From: Raillietiella orientalis
Lineage: Eukaryota
NCBI GenBank assembly: GCA_036172245.1
Contig: JAYWIR010000025.1
Span: 620,001 to 684,000, forward strand
Reading direction: 5' to 3'
DNA: 64,000 nucleotides
Shown: positions 1 to 12,720 of the stretch, in pieces
Numbering within the stretch: the first letter of the stretch is position 1
How the letters are laid out: each line of letters begins with the position of its first letter
The notes under the pieces: generated by a model
What the model was told of the DNA's origin: nothing
Databases searched by the model: none
Seen by the model: only the letters and a program-made list of their open reading frames with translations
Made by a program: the position numbers and the translations under genes

Positions 1-3000
1 GCGTTCGTGGCACTCAGCCACTCCCGGGAGAAGTCGCGGTCGGACGTCGCCCACTCGGGCGGTTCACTTCCCACCCTCCCCGCCGAGCGCCAGTTTCCGT
101 TTCCTCCACTGCCTCTCACTCTCCACGAGGTTCCTCCAGAACCGTTTCCCTTTCCCCGCTCCGCGGAGGCGGGAGAGCAACTGGACTGGACTGGACAACC
201 CTCCTCTCCTCTTCCTACTTTCCCGAGCGACCTCAACTGCAAGGAGTCCTGCCTTCCTCCTCCTCCTTTCTTCCTGACATCCGAGGAGCCGCACGCCTCT
301 CAGCGGCCGCACCTGCACGCCTTCAGGTCGCTCGCTCGCTCTCCGGCGCTCACGTGGACGCGCACCACCGCCTCTGTCTTCTGCGCCACCGTCCAGCGCC
401 TTGCTGCGCGGCGGTGGTCACCGCGGCGGCAACGGGAACGTGGATCTCCCTCTTCCCCTTTCGGGAAGCGGTGAGCCGTTTCGCTCCGCGCCCGCTCGGT
501 GAGCGAGTGTATGCGTCGCTCAAAGGCCGCGTGGTTCTCGCTGCTGCGCAGGGTGAGTTCGCCAGAGCTGCGCGAGCAGCAGCCTGCCGGGGGAAGCGCG
601 CCGTGGGCCACCTCTGGGTGTCCGCTCCCTCTCCTTTTCATGGGTGGCGGTGGGTGGATGGGGTCGGGGGCACTTGGAAGCCGCTTTCCACCGCCACGCG
701 CCTTGCGAGTGACCAAGCCGGTTGTCGCACGCGTCCGCCCTCCGCTCCCGGACGAGTCCGCTGATAGTCCAACCGTTCCCGCAAAGCGGCCCCCGCACTC
801 TGCTGTTTTTTCTTTTTGTGTGTGTAGCGCGCGCGCGCATGCGCTCTCCCGGCCTCGGAGAACACTCGAATTCCACACGGGCATGGGTTCGGAGCTCTGC
901 GCCGGCGCGCCGCCGATGGATTGCCGGATTTTCCCTCTCGAGCTGGGCGCCAACAAGAATTCTAGGGTCTTCCCTTCCCTCCGGTCCGCTTGAGAACGCG
1001 CAGAGGAAGGGGAGGGGGGGGGGAGCTGACCGCATCTCCTCTTCGCTCGCTCGCACCCGCCGGTGTTCGCCCCCGCGTGCATTGCGCGCAATGCGCAGCC
1101 AGCCAGCCACGCGGGATCCATCCCGCTCGCCGACCAGGGCGGCTCGCGCGCGCGCGATCCGCATGCCGCTCGCAACGCTCCTCTGAAACGGGAGGCTGAC
1201 GGTTTCCCACCGAAGCCGCAGAGAGGAACTGAGCCACTGCATCGGCATTTCGTTATTCGAAGCGGAGATTCTCCCGGTCGCTCCCGAAAAGGAAAAAAAA
1301 GAAGGGAAACCCCTGGTAAGGAACGCCGGACGAGGAATTTTAATGGTTGCTGGCAGCGTGGAAATGGCAACCCGTTCTGCACGCGGGCGTGCATGCGCGC
1401 GCACGCGGGCGGGCAATAAAACGGAATCTGTCCTGGCGCGGGCGCAGCTCGGAGGCGGGTCGATCGGCTCCGGACGGTCTCTGCAAGAGGGACGGGGACT
1501 GCTGCGTCCATCGCAGGGGGGGGACGTGGTCACCTCCCAGGGTCCAGAGATCTCTTCCCTAAGGTCCAGTCCCGGAACTCCCGCCCTCCTCCGCGGCGAC
1601 GGCGCAGGAGCAGCCTCGCCTCGACGAGTCTCCCTCCGGACCAGAGGCCCAGGTGTGGGAGGGGGAGGAGAGAAGCGGGAGGGAAGTCCTGAACCGGGAG
1701 GGTGGGTGACCGGGTGCGCCCGTCGACTTTGCGCGAGCGACCCGCCAGTCACTGTCGAAGAGGTCAGCAGCGGCAAAAAAGGGGGAGAGGGGGGATTCGT
1801 CGCTCGCGCCTGCGCGCCCCGAGTAACGGCCATTCGGACCCGTTCGGACATGCACGGCGGCTCCCTCTTTGGGCGAAGGGAGGGGGGGGAGACGGCTAAA
1901 CGCACTTTTCCTCAGATGCCCCCTCCGCGACCGGCCCTGTCATCCTACGCTGCCCAGAAGGCGAGGCAGCGTTCCCACTTCCGCCTTCGAGTCGCTTCCT
2001 GTAGCAAGCAGCCCGACAGGAGGAAGGGCTGTGTGGGTCATCCGTTCTGACCTCGCCGCGACCGAAACCTTCGCTCCTCCCGAGGTCCACCGCTCGGGGG
2101 GGTGGAGCCGTTCGCCTTCTCGCGGACGACGGCGGGCGCAGGACCCTCTGAACTGCCCGCCGCGAGCGTGTAGCGGGGTCTCTGGGGTCGAGGGCGAGCG
2201 AGCGGTCGGTCGCCGGCGTCCGCGCGTGCTGCCCCCCCCTTCCCCCCCACCGCGCGAGTCCCCGAAAACTGAACGAACGAGCGGCGGGACGATTCGTCGC
2301 GAGGGAACACACGTCTGCGGACACCCTCCACTCGCCCCCCGCCTTCCCGTCCGCGCCCCTCTTCACTCACGACGCGCGAGACGGCACTCCCGGAGCGAGT
2401 TGCGCGGCGGAGAGAGGACGCACCAGGAACGGGAAGATCCGCTTCCCCCCCCTCTCTCTCTCTCTCTTCGAAGGGAGATGAAAACCTTCCTCTCGGTTGA
2501 ATTGGGATGAGTCGCCGTCCCGGAGAATTCCGCGTGACCCCTTTTTTTAGCATTTTACATTGGGGATTTCGTTTTCCTCTCAGGCAGGCGCGGGCCGCCA
2601 CTCCGGGAGAACCCCATAATGACTTTGCATTGTGGGGCGACTTGCGTGAAAGAAGGGCCGGGCAAGTGCATCCATTCACTCAAGTCCCTCGAGGGGGAGC
2701 TGCAGTTTTTTATTTTTTTCTCCTTTTTTTTTTGGCACTCCCAGCACCCTCGTCCCCTTTGATGCCCGTCTACATCTGCCGTCTGTTCGCCAATCTGGCC
2801 GTGGCGGAGTGCTCGCGCGCGCACGCTTTCCGCGAGGTCAGACCTTTCTGCCTTCTGGAACTTTCTTCCGCAGCCCATCTCGCCGTCTCCCTGCCGCGCC
2901 AGACTTCGCACTAGTGACCTGACTCATCATCATCGTCATCATCTAGCCCTCGCGCGCGCCCGGTCCGCCGCCGGGACATGCGCTGCGCGCGCGCGGGCGG

Positions 3001-3659
3001 ATCTGATTCGGCGTCGACTCCCAGCTCGCGCGCGCGGGGGCGAAAGAGGAGGAGGGGCATCGCGCGAAAGAGGAGCGGGACCTTCGGCCTGGCCTCCTCC
3101 TGAGCTCCTTCCGGAGAGCGTGGGGAGGGAGCTCCCACAGCGAGCGCTCGAACTTTCGCCGAAGAGGCAGCAGCGCAGACGGGCGGGCACGGCCGACAGG
3201 CGGCGCAACAACGGAAGGGCTGACGGAGGCCCAGAGATCGGATGACCTCCTTCGCGAGATGCTGGAAGACACTCCGAAGACGGGGAGCTTGAGCTGCCGA
3301 TGCGATCTCCCGCTGCCCGAAGGCCCTCGTGCATCCAAGAGCCCCGCGAGGAGTCACCTCTTTCTCGACCCCTTCCTGACAAAGCCTTCCTTACGGTCGT
3401 CAGCTCGCTGGGCCCCCAAACCGGTTCCGCTGATCGACTGATTACAGTGATGGATAATACGGTGGCGATCTTCACGGTGATGATCTTTCGGAAGGCGGGA
3501 GAAAACATGGCGACGGATGCCTCGGATACAGACTCCCGAAGAACAGGACCGTTCGACGATCGGAACGTCCGTTGGCAGGGGCGCGCGTCCTTGGTACACC
3601 CGAAGACGTCCGACCGTTCTTGCCAGAAGTCAGACGCGCAGCTGCCGACAACTTTCCCG

Positions 3660-5700
3660 CGCGGGGGCAGCCGACTTGCTGACTCCCCGCTTCCGAGCCC
3701 GCGAAATTCCGGCTCCCCTCCTGCCCTTGCCCGTTCGCCGGTGAGTTCTTGAGCATCGCTGCTTCCCGGCGGCGATGGCAGCAGCAGCAGCTCCTAAGCG
3801 ACGGGAGTCTGCTAGCGGTGGCGCGGCCGTAGCGGGTTTCGCCTCCTCCCTCGCAACCGCGCGGCGAGATCACGCAAGATGCCCAGATCAGATTTTTATC
3901 ACGCAATGTTCGAACCCGCCCCTGCTTGCGCGGATCGCCTCTGGAGCGGACGAAGCAGTTGTGGACTTCCCGCCCTCTAACGGAGAAGAAGCCTTGAACA
4001 ACGAATAGATGACAGCAGACCGTCTCGCGAGATGCAACTCTGCTGCAATGGTTGTCACCATTCTCTCTCTCTCTCTCTCTCTCTTTTCATTTCTGGAACT
4101 TTCTGGTAGTGGATGGAATTCCCTGCCGATACGCTGAAGACACTGCATGATGGAAAAGTCATAGGCATCGAAACGGAAGATTTTCCACTTTCGGGAACAA
4201 CGACCAACTGACCCCTGTCGTCGCTGCATCAACACCACCACCTCGCGCTCTTCGTCCTCCGAAAGCTGGACACGTTTCGGATTGAACACTGTGGTTTTCC
4301 ACCCCTCGTGTTGTGGTCCCGCAAGTGGAGAATCTCCAGTGCCAAGTGGCAGCAGCAGGTTCGAATTCCGGACGAAGTGACTTGTGTGGAATACGGAACG
4401 AGGCTGCTCATCCACCTCTCAGGGGGCTTATCGGTCAGTGGATTGGTCTTGAGGGATGACCATCACCCCCACTGCGTTTTGAAAACACCCTGACATGGAG
4501 AAAAGGCACGAAACGAGTAGAAGAAAGTCGCAGTCCTCGTCCTCGAAAGTGCTCGGCATTTGCAAAGTCCAGGGCTCGGGTTCATCTGTTCCGATCTGTG
4601 AAAGAAGTGGTCCCTACGGTGGCAGCGAGCAGTCCGTCTTTAAAATGCATTCGCGGTTGAGCTGGTGCACGTGCACGAGTGGTGGCAGTTCGTGCGTGCG
4701 CGGTGTCGCGATTCCATTGTTCCGCTTTACCAACAAGAAGTGGATGTTCTCCGTGGTGCATCCCACGGCGATGGATCGATGCGATTAACATCCGAAAGAT
4801 TCTCTCTTCCCCAAAGCGCACTTCGTTCCTTCCGGAAGGAGAAAAGGACTGAGCGAGTGGACGACGGGCCAGCTCACGGAAGCTGCGTCCCCAAGTGTTC
4901 CTCCCCCCCATCCCAAGAAAACTTTTGCTCTAGAGCGAGCTACTGGGAATTCCGGTGGAAGATTTGCAGTGGCTTCTGGACAGACGCACCCTCTCATTAA
5001 CGTGGCAGGAGTCGAAGGTGGTGCTGCTGCATGGGGGCCTCCCGTGCAATGCTGGTCGGCATCACTGAACCCGGGGGAAGGGGATGGACCCCAACTGTGG
5101 CAGGTGCGGGGATCGGGAATTCCTCCCGCACAGATACGCTGAAGGTGGACTGTGTCGCCCTCTGGCCCCTCTGGGAACTCTTTGCCGCTACTACTCTTGG
5201 AACTCCAGGGACGCTTTACGGCCCCTCCTCTTACGCGAGGCCCTTCTGCCGTCAGCTTCGTTAGCAGCTCCCTGTTGCCTACGCGGGATCGTTGCTGCCT
5301 GGAACGGCGCAGGAGTGCCCAGAGATAGGGATGCCATCCACTTCGTCGTTCGATCCATCAAGACGGCAACTAGGTGGTGGCCCTACCTAGACAGCAATAT
5401 CCAGCAAGACATTGCCGGCATCCTCCAAAAGATGCAGAGGACCGCCCCCAGCAGACAGTGATTCCTTCCCGCTCCCCAGCCACCCAACCCCCCAAATTGT
5501 TTTATTTTTATTTCGGTTTCTTTTCCTTTTTGCTTGCCCCCTCCCCTCTGCTGCCGTTGTGGACCTCACCGGTCGGCGAACCGGTAACGCGGCAGGTTAG
5601 ATCTAGAAACAACGGGGGTTGGTCCAACCACACAAACTGGAAATGCGCATTTTATTTCTAAATAAACGCTCCAGCGTACCCGGGTGAAAACCAAAGAGCA
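3660..5700 (+). mobile_element. Decayed L1/Tx1-type non-LTR retrotransposon, 3' part (copy A); best supported 4830-5700, 5' limit uncertain
   Basis: Frameshifted C-terminal zinc-binding remnant LLHGGLPCNAGRHH...DPNCGRCGDRE..PH (about 5024-5150). ORF end LREALLPSASLAA...QQDIAGILQKMQRT, then T-rich 3'UTR and AATAAA at 5661. Clear nucleotide and protein homology to 27950-28815. Faint pre-RT remnants (LLTPRFRAREI, PGGDG, DFYHAMF) at 3660-3920. Confidence 0.65.
4062..4084. repeat. (CT)n microsatellite
   Basis: Direct read of tctctctc... run. Confidence 0.9.
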
Positions 5701-7299
5701 CTTCATTCCTTCGTCCCTCAGATTCACCTACCACGGGATGGGACGCCTCCAATTCGCTCAAGTCCCAACGCGAGCATGCTGCTCGCACGTGTGGCGGGTG
5801 GCAAAATCCGAGCGTTCCACTCGGAAGGACGCCGGTGCCCATGGGAGAGCGCACCCGGAAGAAAAAAAAGGGTGGTAAAAGAAAAAAAAAAAAACATGCG
5901 TGTGCAAAGACAGGACTGGATCTTCTGGCTCCGGGAACTCGCAATCCGAGGACTGCGATTCCTGGCACGGAAGCGATGGACGGGACACGGAAGGCGACGC
6001 CGCAGCGGCAGTGCATCCAAGGAAGCGAAATAAAGCGAAGCAGAAGAAGAAAATGGAACTTTCTCGCGCAAGATGTGGAATTTTCTATTCCTTTGAACGC
6101 TCCTCCTCCCAGAGGATCCACGTTAAAAGAAATACGAGGTGCAACTGGGGAGCCAGAGGGGATTAGTCACGTCTTCTTCGTAGTTCCCCCGCCGTGCTTT
6201 GCCTCGCGAACAACGAGGAACGTCTATTTTTGGGTTTGCCCGAATGGGCAACGACTATTTCGTTGGTCCCCGCAATCCGAACCGGAACTGATGTTTTCGC
6301 ATATGGTTTCTGTCAAGGAAAAGGGACAAAGTTATCGGTGCAAATAATTAAGAGCATCTTCTGGCGAAACCACATCGATTTGTCTTTTGTTTGCCGAAAG
6401 CGGTACACGACAGAAACGAGATTTTAAGCATCTTCGCTTTCTCGGAAACGGCCGCGTCTCGTTTCGAATTTCCTCGGGCGCGACGAAGGAAATGTTGCGA
6501 TGCGCGGGATTTCGCCCCTCGAATCGGGATGCGGAGGAGGAGGTTGCGTAAAATCCACCGCACGAGGGGGAAGGGAAGGGAACGGGGCTGCCATAGCCAT
6601 ATTGGCGGACACCGCTACGTCTGACGAAAACAAAAGGTCCCCCCTCCATCCCTTGAGGAGGAGCTCGTCCACGATGGGCCTTGTCAAAGGAACGGGCGGG
6701 GGCAAGCCTGCGACAAATTCCTGTCCGTAGACATGCTCTTCTTAACGTGGAGGGAAGGGGGGGAGGGTGAGAGAGAGAGAGAGGTGCGCATCCCGCAACG
6801 ACGTCGAAAGAGCCGTAAAAACGCGGGGACTGGCGTACGAAGCTGCCGTCTTTTTCACGCTGTTTTTCAACAGCGGTGTTTATCGGCGCATGCGCGGTCC
6901 TTGCCTGCCGCTCGCTGACCACAGAAAACATCCGTGCAAGAAGACAGGCGAGCAGCGTTCACGCACCAGGACGGGAGTGTGAAAACGGCGGAAACGAGAT
7001 CTGCAGCGAAGTCCCTGAGCCGGGGAAGGAAAAGCCTCGAATCCGCTTCTCCGTGTTGGGCGGTTCTTGCACGCTGGACCGCTTGGGCCCTGGACGTAGC
7101 CGAGATCCCGAAAATCACCCGGCGGTAAGTCGTCTGTCGCCGGAGGTTGCCCGCTTACGGCGTTCACCCAGTCGCGCGACGGTTCGTCCCCGAGCTGGAA
7201 GGGCAGCCCCGGAAGGAACCAGGGAAGATGCGTCTGGGGATCACGAGTGACTGATGGAAGCAAGCAGCAGAGAAGAGCTGCAACCGGACGCATTAAATT

Positions 7300-10200
7300 A
7301 GGTTAATGAAATCTGGAATTCGTTCTACCAGCGTCGCAAGCGTACAGGCTAAAAATAAACCCGGGGGAAATGACGGTGGATCGCTCATATGGAAGGAGGC
7401 ATGGGAGAGTCTCGTCCCTACAATCCCGTCTCAGTATGAAATGCGGTACTGCGAGTCGATGCGTCCCGTTGGCTCTCGCTGTTGGATCCTGGACCCAGCA
7501 AACAGTGCGCCCTCTGGTGCGCCCAATTTGAAAGTCGCTTTCATTGAGGGGGAGGAGAGGGGGGAAGAGAACAGCTCCGTCTCCTGTTTTCATCTCCGCA
7601 TCCTTCCTTTCGTCTTGCCATGGTCGCACGAGTCCACTTTCCCGAAGCAAGCCTGAGCAGCGTCGGCAGGTGACGCAAGACCGTGGTCATGTGCGTTCGA
7701 GTCGCACATGACCACCAACTGGTGCACGAGAACACGCGCGCGCAGAGGAGGCACACGGATGTCAGCGCCGAACCTGACTTCCAGCATGGTGCATCTGTGA
7801 GATAACGAGGCGGATGGCTCCTAAACGGCCAGCAGACGTCACCGCGAATAAAGGAAAAAAGAAGAAGAAATGCACGGATGAATCACCCGCTGGAGCGACC
7901 AATTACCGTCGATCCTGACCCGCATGCTGGAATCTTTCCGGGAATTAGCAGCGGAACCCGCAACGCGTGCGTCACCTTTCCAGAAAAGAATGGCAGCAAA
8001 GACTGACCTTCCTCTGAGTTCCAGGTGCTCGAATGGCCGAATCTGGATCCGTGTCAGCAGTAAGGAGGGGAAGCCATTGCAGTCTCGACGCTCCGTACAT
8101 CAAGTATCTCCCCCTTCCGGGAAACCTCGGGTTGACGACGATGACGGTCCACAGGGCTTCCTCTCCAAGCATCTCCTGCGCTGCTTCCCGCTGACGATAG
8201 CTGCTGGCTTCTCCTTCCTCACCTAGGAAACGCTGAATGCGTGCCTTTCGTTCTGTTCTCTGTCACGGCATTCCCTCTTCGACTGGGGCAGTGCTGCATT
8301 GATGCTGGCTGATTGATGGTCGTCCATTATCGAAGGATCCGCAGCGACCATCCTGGGGTGTTCCCCACCACGCGGTCAAGGACTGCGTTCCACAAAGTCA
8401 ACTTGTCTGGATGCAAGCTGGTGCCGCGGCTTCGCCGCCACCAAGGATTATAAGGGGAGACCTGGGAAAGAATTGTTATGCACGCGCACCAATGAGTTCG
8501 CAATTACTAGAGTTCCACCTTTCCCAGCACTCCGTCCGTGGGACTACCAGCAGAGCTTCCCTAAGAACCACATGCGTCAGGGAGGCGTGGCAACATTCCT
8601 CAGCATTTCGATGCCGTTTTGGGAAACCGACTCCCCATCGCCCCATCTTCCGTGTGCACTCGTGAACGAAGACCCTCCCCTCGCGATCCGGCTCCGCGCT
8701 CCTCTTCAGCGCCTTCTGCCCCCAGCTGAAATTGGCAGAGGATGATCCACCCTCCCACCCACCCCGCCCAGCCGCCGCCGCTCCCAAATCTTCCCAGATC
8801 TGCGAGCGCAGGTGCGACCACGATGCTGGTTCTTTGGTGCCGATCGCTCAGACTGTCGCTGCCATTTTGTTTCGTTTTTGGCGACAGCGCCGACCTTTGA
8901 GATGCTAGCTACCTGCTCCTGGACCACCAGGAAACCAACGCCGACAGGCAAGCTGAGAAAGTAGCGACACCGCAGGAGGAAAAGGAGCCGTGGTTGCTGC
9001 GGACCACGTACGCTCTGGTGGGTAGCCTAAGCACGTTCGTACCGACGAATGGGCGGCCATTTTGCACCGAAAAGGATGGGAGGGTGGTGAGAGAAAACGG
9101 GCGGCGTGGATTCTAGTCCTAAGAAGAGGAGGATGAAAAAGGATGACCCGCAGCCGGCTGCACAGAAGGGATTGGAGGACGTAGGGAGGGAAAAAAAAGT
9201 AGACAAATAAAAGGGACAGAGGTCACCGGTCACACCCATTGCGTCTTCCGTGACCTGCGCACGATGCAGGCAGCGTCTTCTTTGACTCGGACACCCTTCA
9301 AAGGCCACTTTGCCACGTTCCTCATTAATGCGGAGTGGACACGTGTGGTCTTTCTTTGCTGGCCACGCCTCCTGCGCGTCCCGGGGCGCCACGGTGACTC
9401 CTGATCCAACCTGGGGCTGGGGAGGCGGGCGACGAAGACTGCGTCCCGCACGGAACAGCACCGCAGAAGCCTTTCCAGGGTGCCTCCGGATCGAAGCAGG
9501 GCAGCCTCGAGGGGACCCTGCTTTGACCCCTTCAGGTGCTTGGGAGTTGCTGCACCCCCGTACCAGACGTCTACCATCGTCCGGAGGTGCCCCCGCGTGG
9601 ATCGAACGAGAAGCCCCAGCACGCGAGCCTCTTCGTGCTGCCGGGGTCTGGGGTCACGCTGGTCGCTCGAGCGGTGGCCCCACTTCAAGAACCGTCCCAA
9701 AGTAGGCACGGCGGCCATCTCGACATCAGCGCGTCCACCGACTTCCCTCGCAGTGCACCGCCGCGCTGGTGCAGTGGACCAGGCTTGGCTTCCCGAGCAC
9801 AGGAGGGGCCGCAGGCTCAGCCCTAAGGATCAGGAGGTCGACCTCTCGAGTCCTGAAGCTTCGGAGTTCTCAAAGGAGGGCGCTCGAGAATGCAGCGTTC
9901 ACTTTCACCGTGTCTCCTCCCCCGCTTGTCATCTCGCTGCCCCGTTCCCTGGATGGTGCGGCTAGGAGTATCCAGCAGCTCGGAGGTCACGACGGACGGC
10001 CAAGGGCACACTCACGTGACCAGATCCGGAGACTGAGAGGCGCTGACCCCCTCCCCTGGCTCGACGCTTGCCGTCTGAATCGCGAATGTGTCCTCCGCGC
10101 GTGAGCAGAGAGAGACCCTCTGCCCAGCGTCTCGGTCCACCTTCCCCCGGAGTCTCTCCCCGTCACCCGCGCGGATGCTGGACGGCGCCTTTCTGGAAAG

Positions 10201-12400
10201 AGGAGGGGACCGCCGTCGAGAGGAGAGGTCAGGGGACGCGCAGCTTTCTCCCTAACGGAGACGGGGCTATCGGAGAGACTCCGGCTCCTTCGTCCGCTAC
10301 GCAGGAGGGCGAGTTGTCCGAGTCCAGGTCTTCCGGAGTTGAGCGGCGAACCTTCGAGCCTCTCTTCCGGGAAGGCAGCCCACCTCCAGCGGTCGCGCGA
10401 CTAGACGGCTGGCGCCTCAAGGAACTTTCCGAGGAGGCGGTCACGGTGCACTCTTTCCAGAAGCACCCGGGGAACGGGATGAAGGGGTCTGGAACCCGGT
10501 GCTCGCAAGAGCCTTCCCGTGGCGTCTTTCCCTTCCTTACGAGACCCCGTTGCTCCTTCGCCTGGCCGACGGAAGAGGAGTTTTCTCCCAACTGTTCCTC
10601 GGACGATCCTCTTCGGGATTTCCCCCCACCGTTTCCTCCGCCAGTTCGTCTGCTTCCGCTTGCCGATCTCAGGTTTGGTCCGGGGGAAGGAGGAGGATTA
10701 GGAGGAGAAGGGGGAGGAGGTGTTCACGTGCCGACGTTCCAGCGCTCGGTCCAGCGGTCCTGCTCCCAGCAGCTTGTCCGCCGTCATCATGACCACCTCT
10801 GCGCCTCTCGCGCTGGAAACTTTGATCTGCACAATCGTGACCCCCGATACCAGTGATGAGACCGCAGAGCATCCCACCGATGGCACCGAATCGCAAAGTG
10901 TATCAGAAAGCGAAACCCAACACCGCCGCTGCTCTGCGGCTCATCGGCTCCGTCCGACAGGCTCGTTCATTTGAGATTCTGCTTTTCCTTTTTCGCTTTC
11001 TTTCTCTCTTCCTTTCTTTCGTTCTTTCTTTTTTTCCTCCCCCCTCCCTCGCTCGGGAAGGAACGGCACAAGAAAGGTGCCGCTGTGACCTCAGGGTAAG
11101 ACGATCCCGCGGTTTTATTTTCCGGCTTCTTCGGCTTCGTGACTTCTACGATACGCGGGTACTGCGATTTCGAGTGGACGCCTTCCACCTTCGCTTCTTC
11201 CTCTTCGTCGTCTTCTCGCTGTTGTTGTTACTCTTGCTATCGCAGACACCCCCTGGTTGCACGGCGACTCGCTCCGCTTCCCTTCTTCGAGAACGCGAAG
11301 GCGCAGAGTTGTCCTTTTCCTTTTTGCCTTGTTGCTGCTTTTGCTTGCTCTCGATTTTGTTTCCTACAGACTCCGCCATCTACAGGGATATCTCGCCCTC
11401 TTCTTCTTCTACTACTCCCTCCTTCTCCCTTCCTTTATGATCTCATCTCGCGGCTTGTCCGTTTCGCCAGGCCTGTTAGATGCTCTTGTTCTGCCCTCTG
11501 CACATCAAGAGAGCGGAGACCTCCATCCGTCTTCCTCCCACCGAACGAGACGCCGAGAGCAGCGCCTCTCTGCCGCCTGCGGAGTCGCCTCTGCTTCTTC
11601 CCGCTCGTCTTGCAGGAACGTGCCGGAAGGAGAAACTAGGTTCCTCCTCTCCTTCGAGAGACAGCGAGCGGCTATTCGCGCATCATCGGCTCCCCTGCTC
11701 TTCCAGTAGGCACTCTCACTTTTACTCCCAACGCTGCTTCCGGTTGCCGACCCATTTCCCTAGCTTTCCTGTCCTGAAGGGGGGGAGGTTGGAGGGGGAA
11801 ATTGCGAGCTGGCACTTCGTCGTCGCATTGCACGCGCCGCAAGTCCCAGCTGCTTCGCGCCTCAACGGCCCCTCGGCTTGAGTTGCCCCCTCTCCCCCTC
11901 CCCTCGTCGATTCGAGGCCGCGAGAACCGCTCGGCGCCCTCCTCCCCCTGCCCTCGCGCGCGCTCCTCGGACCATCTCGAGCGAGGCGCGCGCGCGCGCA
12001 CAAAAAAGACATTCCTTGCGAAACCGCTGGGGCCTCCCTTCATGGAAACTGTCCGTCCATCACGCCGCTCCGCTTGGACGCACCAAACATGCCGCAAGAG
12101 GTCCGTCTGCTCCTCCCTTCCACGGTCTCCCCCGAGTTCAGCAGCCTCCAGCTCGGTTCCCTTGCGCCTCCCCCGTCCCCAGTGCCTGAGGACGCTGCCA
12201 CGGTCCGTCCTTCCTCCCCATCTTCCGTACTGCTCGCCTATCATCAGCTTTCTCCACTCTCTGATGATGGGCGCCTCTTCAACAGCTCCGCTCGTCCTTG
12301 AGTGCCTTCTGGTCAGCTTACGCTCCAGGAGGGCCAGAAAGAGAGAATTCCAATTTACACGGAGGCACGGGTTAAACCCAACGTGCTTTCTGGCTCGTAG
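7300..12400 (-). mobile_element. Near full-length but highly decayed L1/Tx1-like retrotransposon relic (approximate limits)
   Basis: Collinear degenerate motifs on - strand: ORF1-like VGGRRMEV..CRGQNK..NRPGET (about 11460-11540; resembles IGG..V.Y.GQP..C..CG..GH); APE-like segments (about 9880-10850); RT-like ASISKVGAVAKNETKWQRQS (about 8850-8910; resembles LIPK.G....NWRPIS); zinc-finger-like VCLLCAR..VHQLVVMC (about 7700-7760). Many stops and frameshifts. Confidence 0.4.
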
Positions 12401-12419
12401 CCATGTTGGAAGCAGCTAA

Positions 12420-12720
12420 CATCTATATATCTATTTGCATCTACATTTATATTTGTATCGATATTTTTATCTACATCTATCTATATCTATAAGTATGCTG
12501 GTAATGAATACTTGCATACTTCTAGTGTATATATAATAATTGTATATGTAGTTGCAAATAGAAATAGAGACACAGATATAGATGTAGATGGAAATATAAA
12601 TGCAGATAGAAACATAGATGTAGATACAGATGTAGATAAAAATGTAGATCTGGATACAGATGGAAATATAGTTAGAGAGACATAGATATAGACTGAAATA
12701 TAGATATAGCTAAATAGGTT
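12420..12720. repeat. Degenerate AT-rich hexamer minisatellite (ATCTAY / RTAGAT) in two opposite orientations
   Basis: atctat/atctac units at 12421-12490, then gatgta/gatata/gataca units at about 12555-12710. Confidence 0.8.

Noticed and set aside
1..2900. Long overlapping ORFs (403, 461 aa etc.)
   Set aside because: Arg/Pro/Gly/Ser-rich with no domain motifs and open in many frames; expected from high GC.
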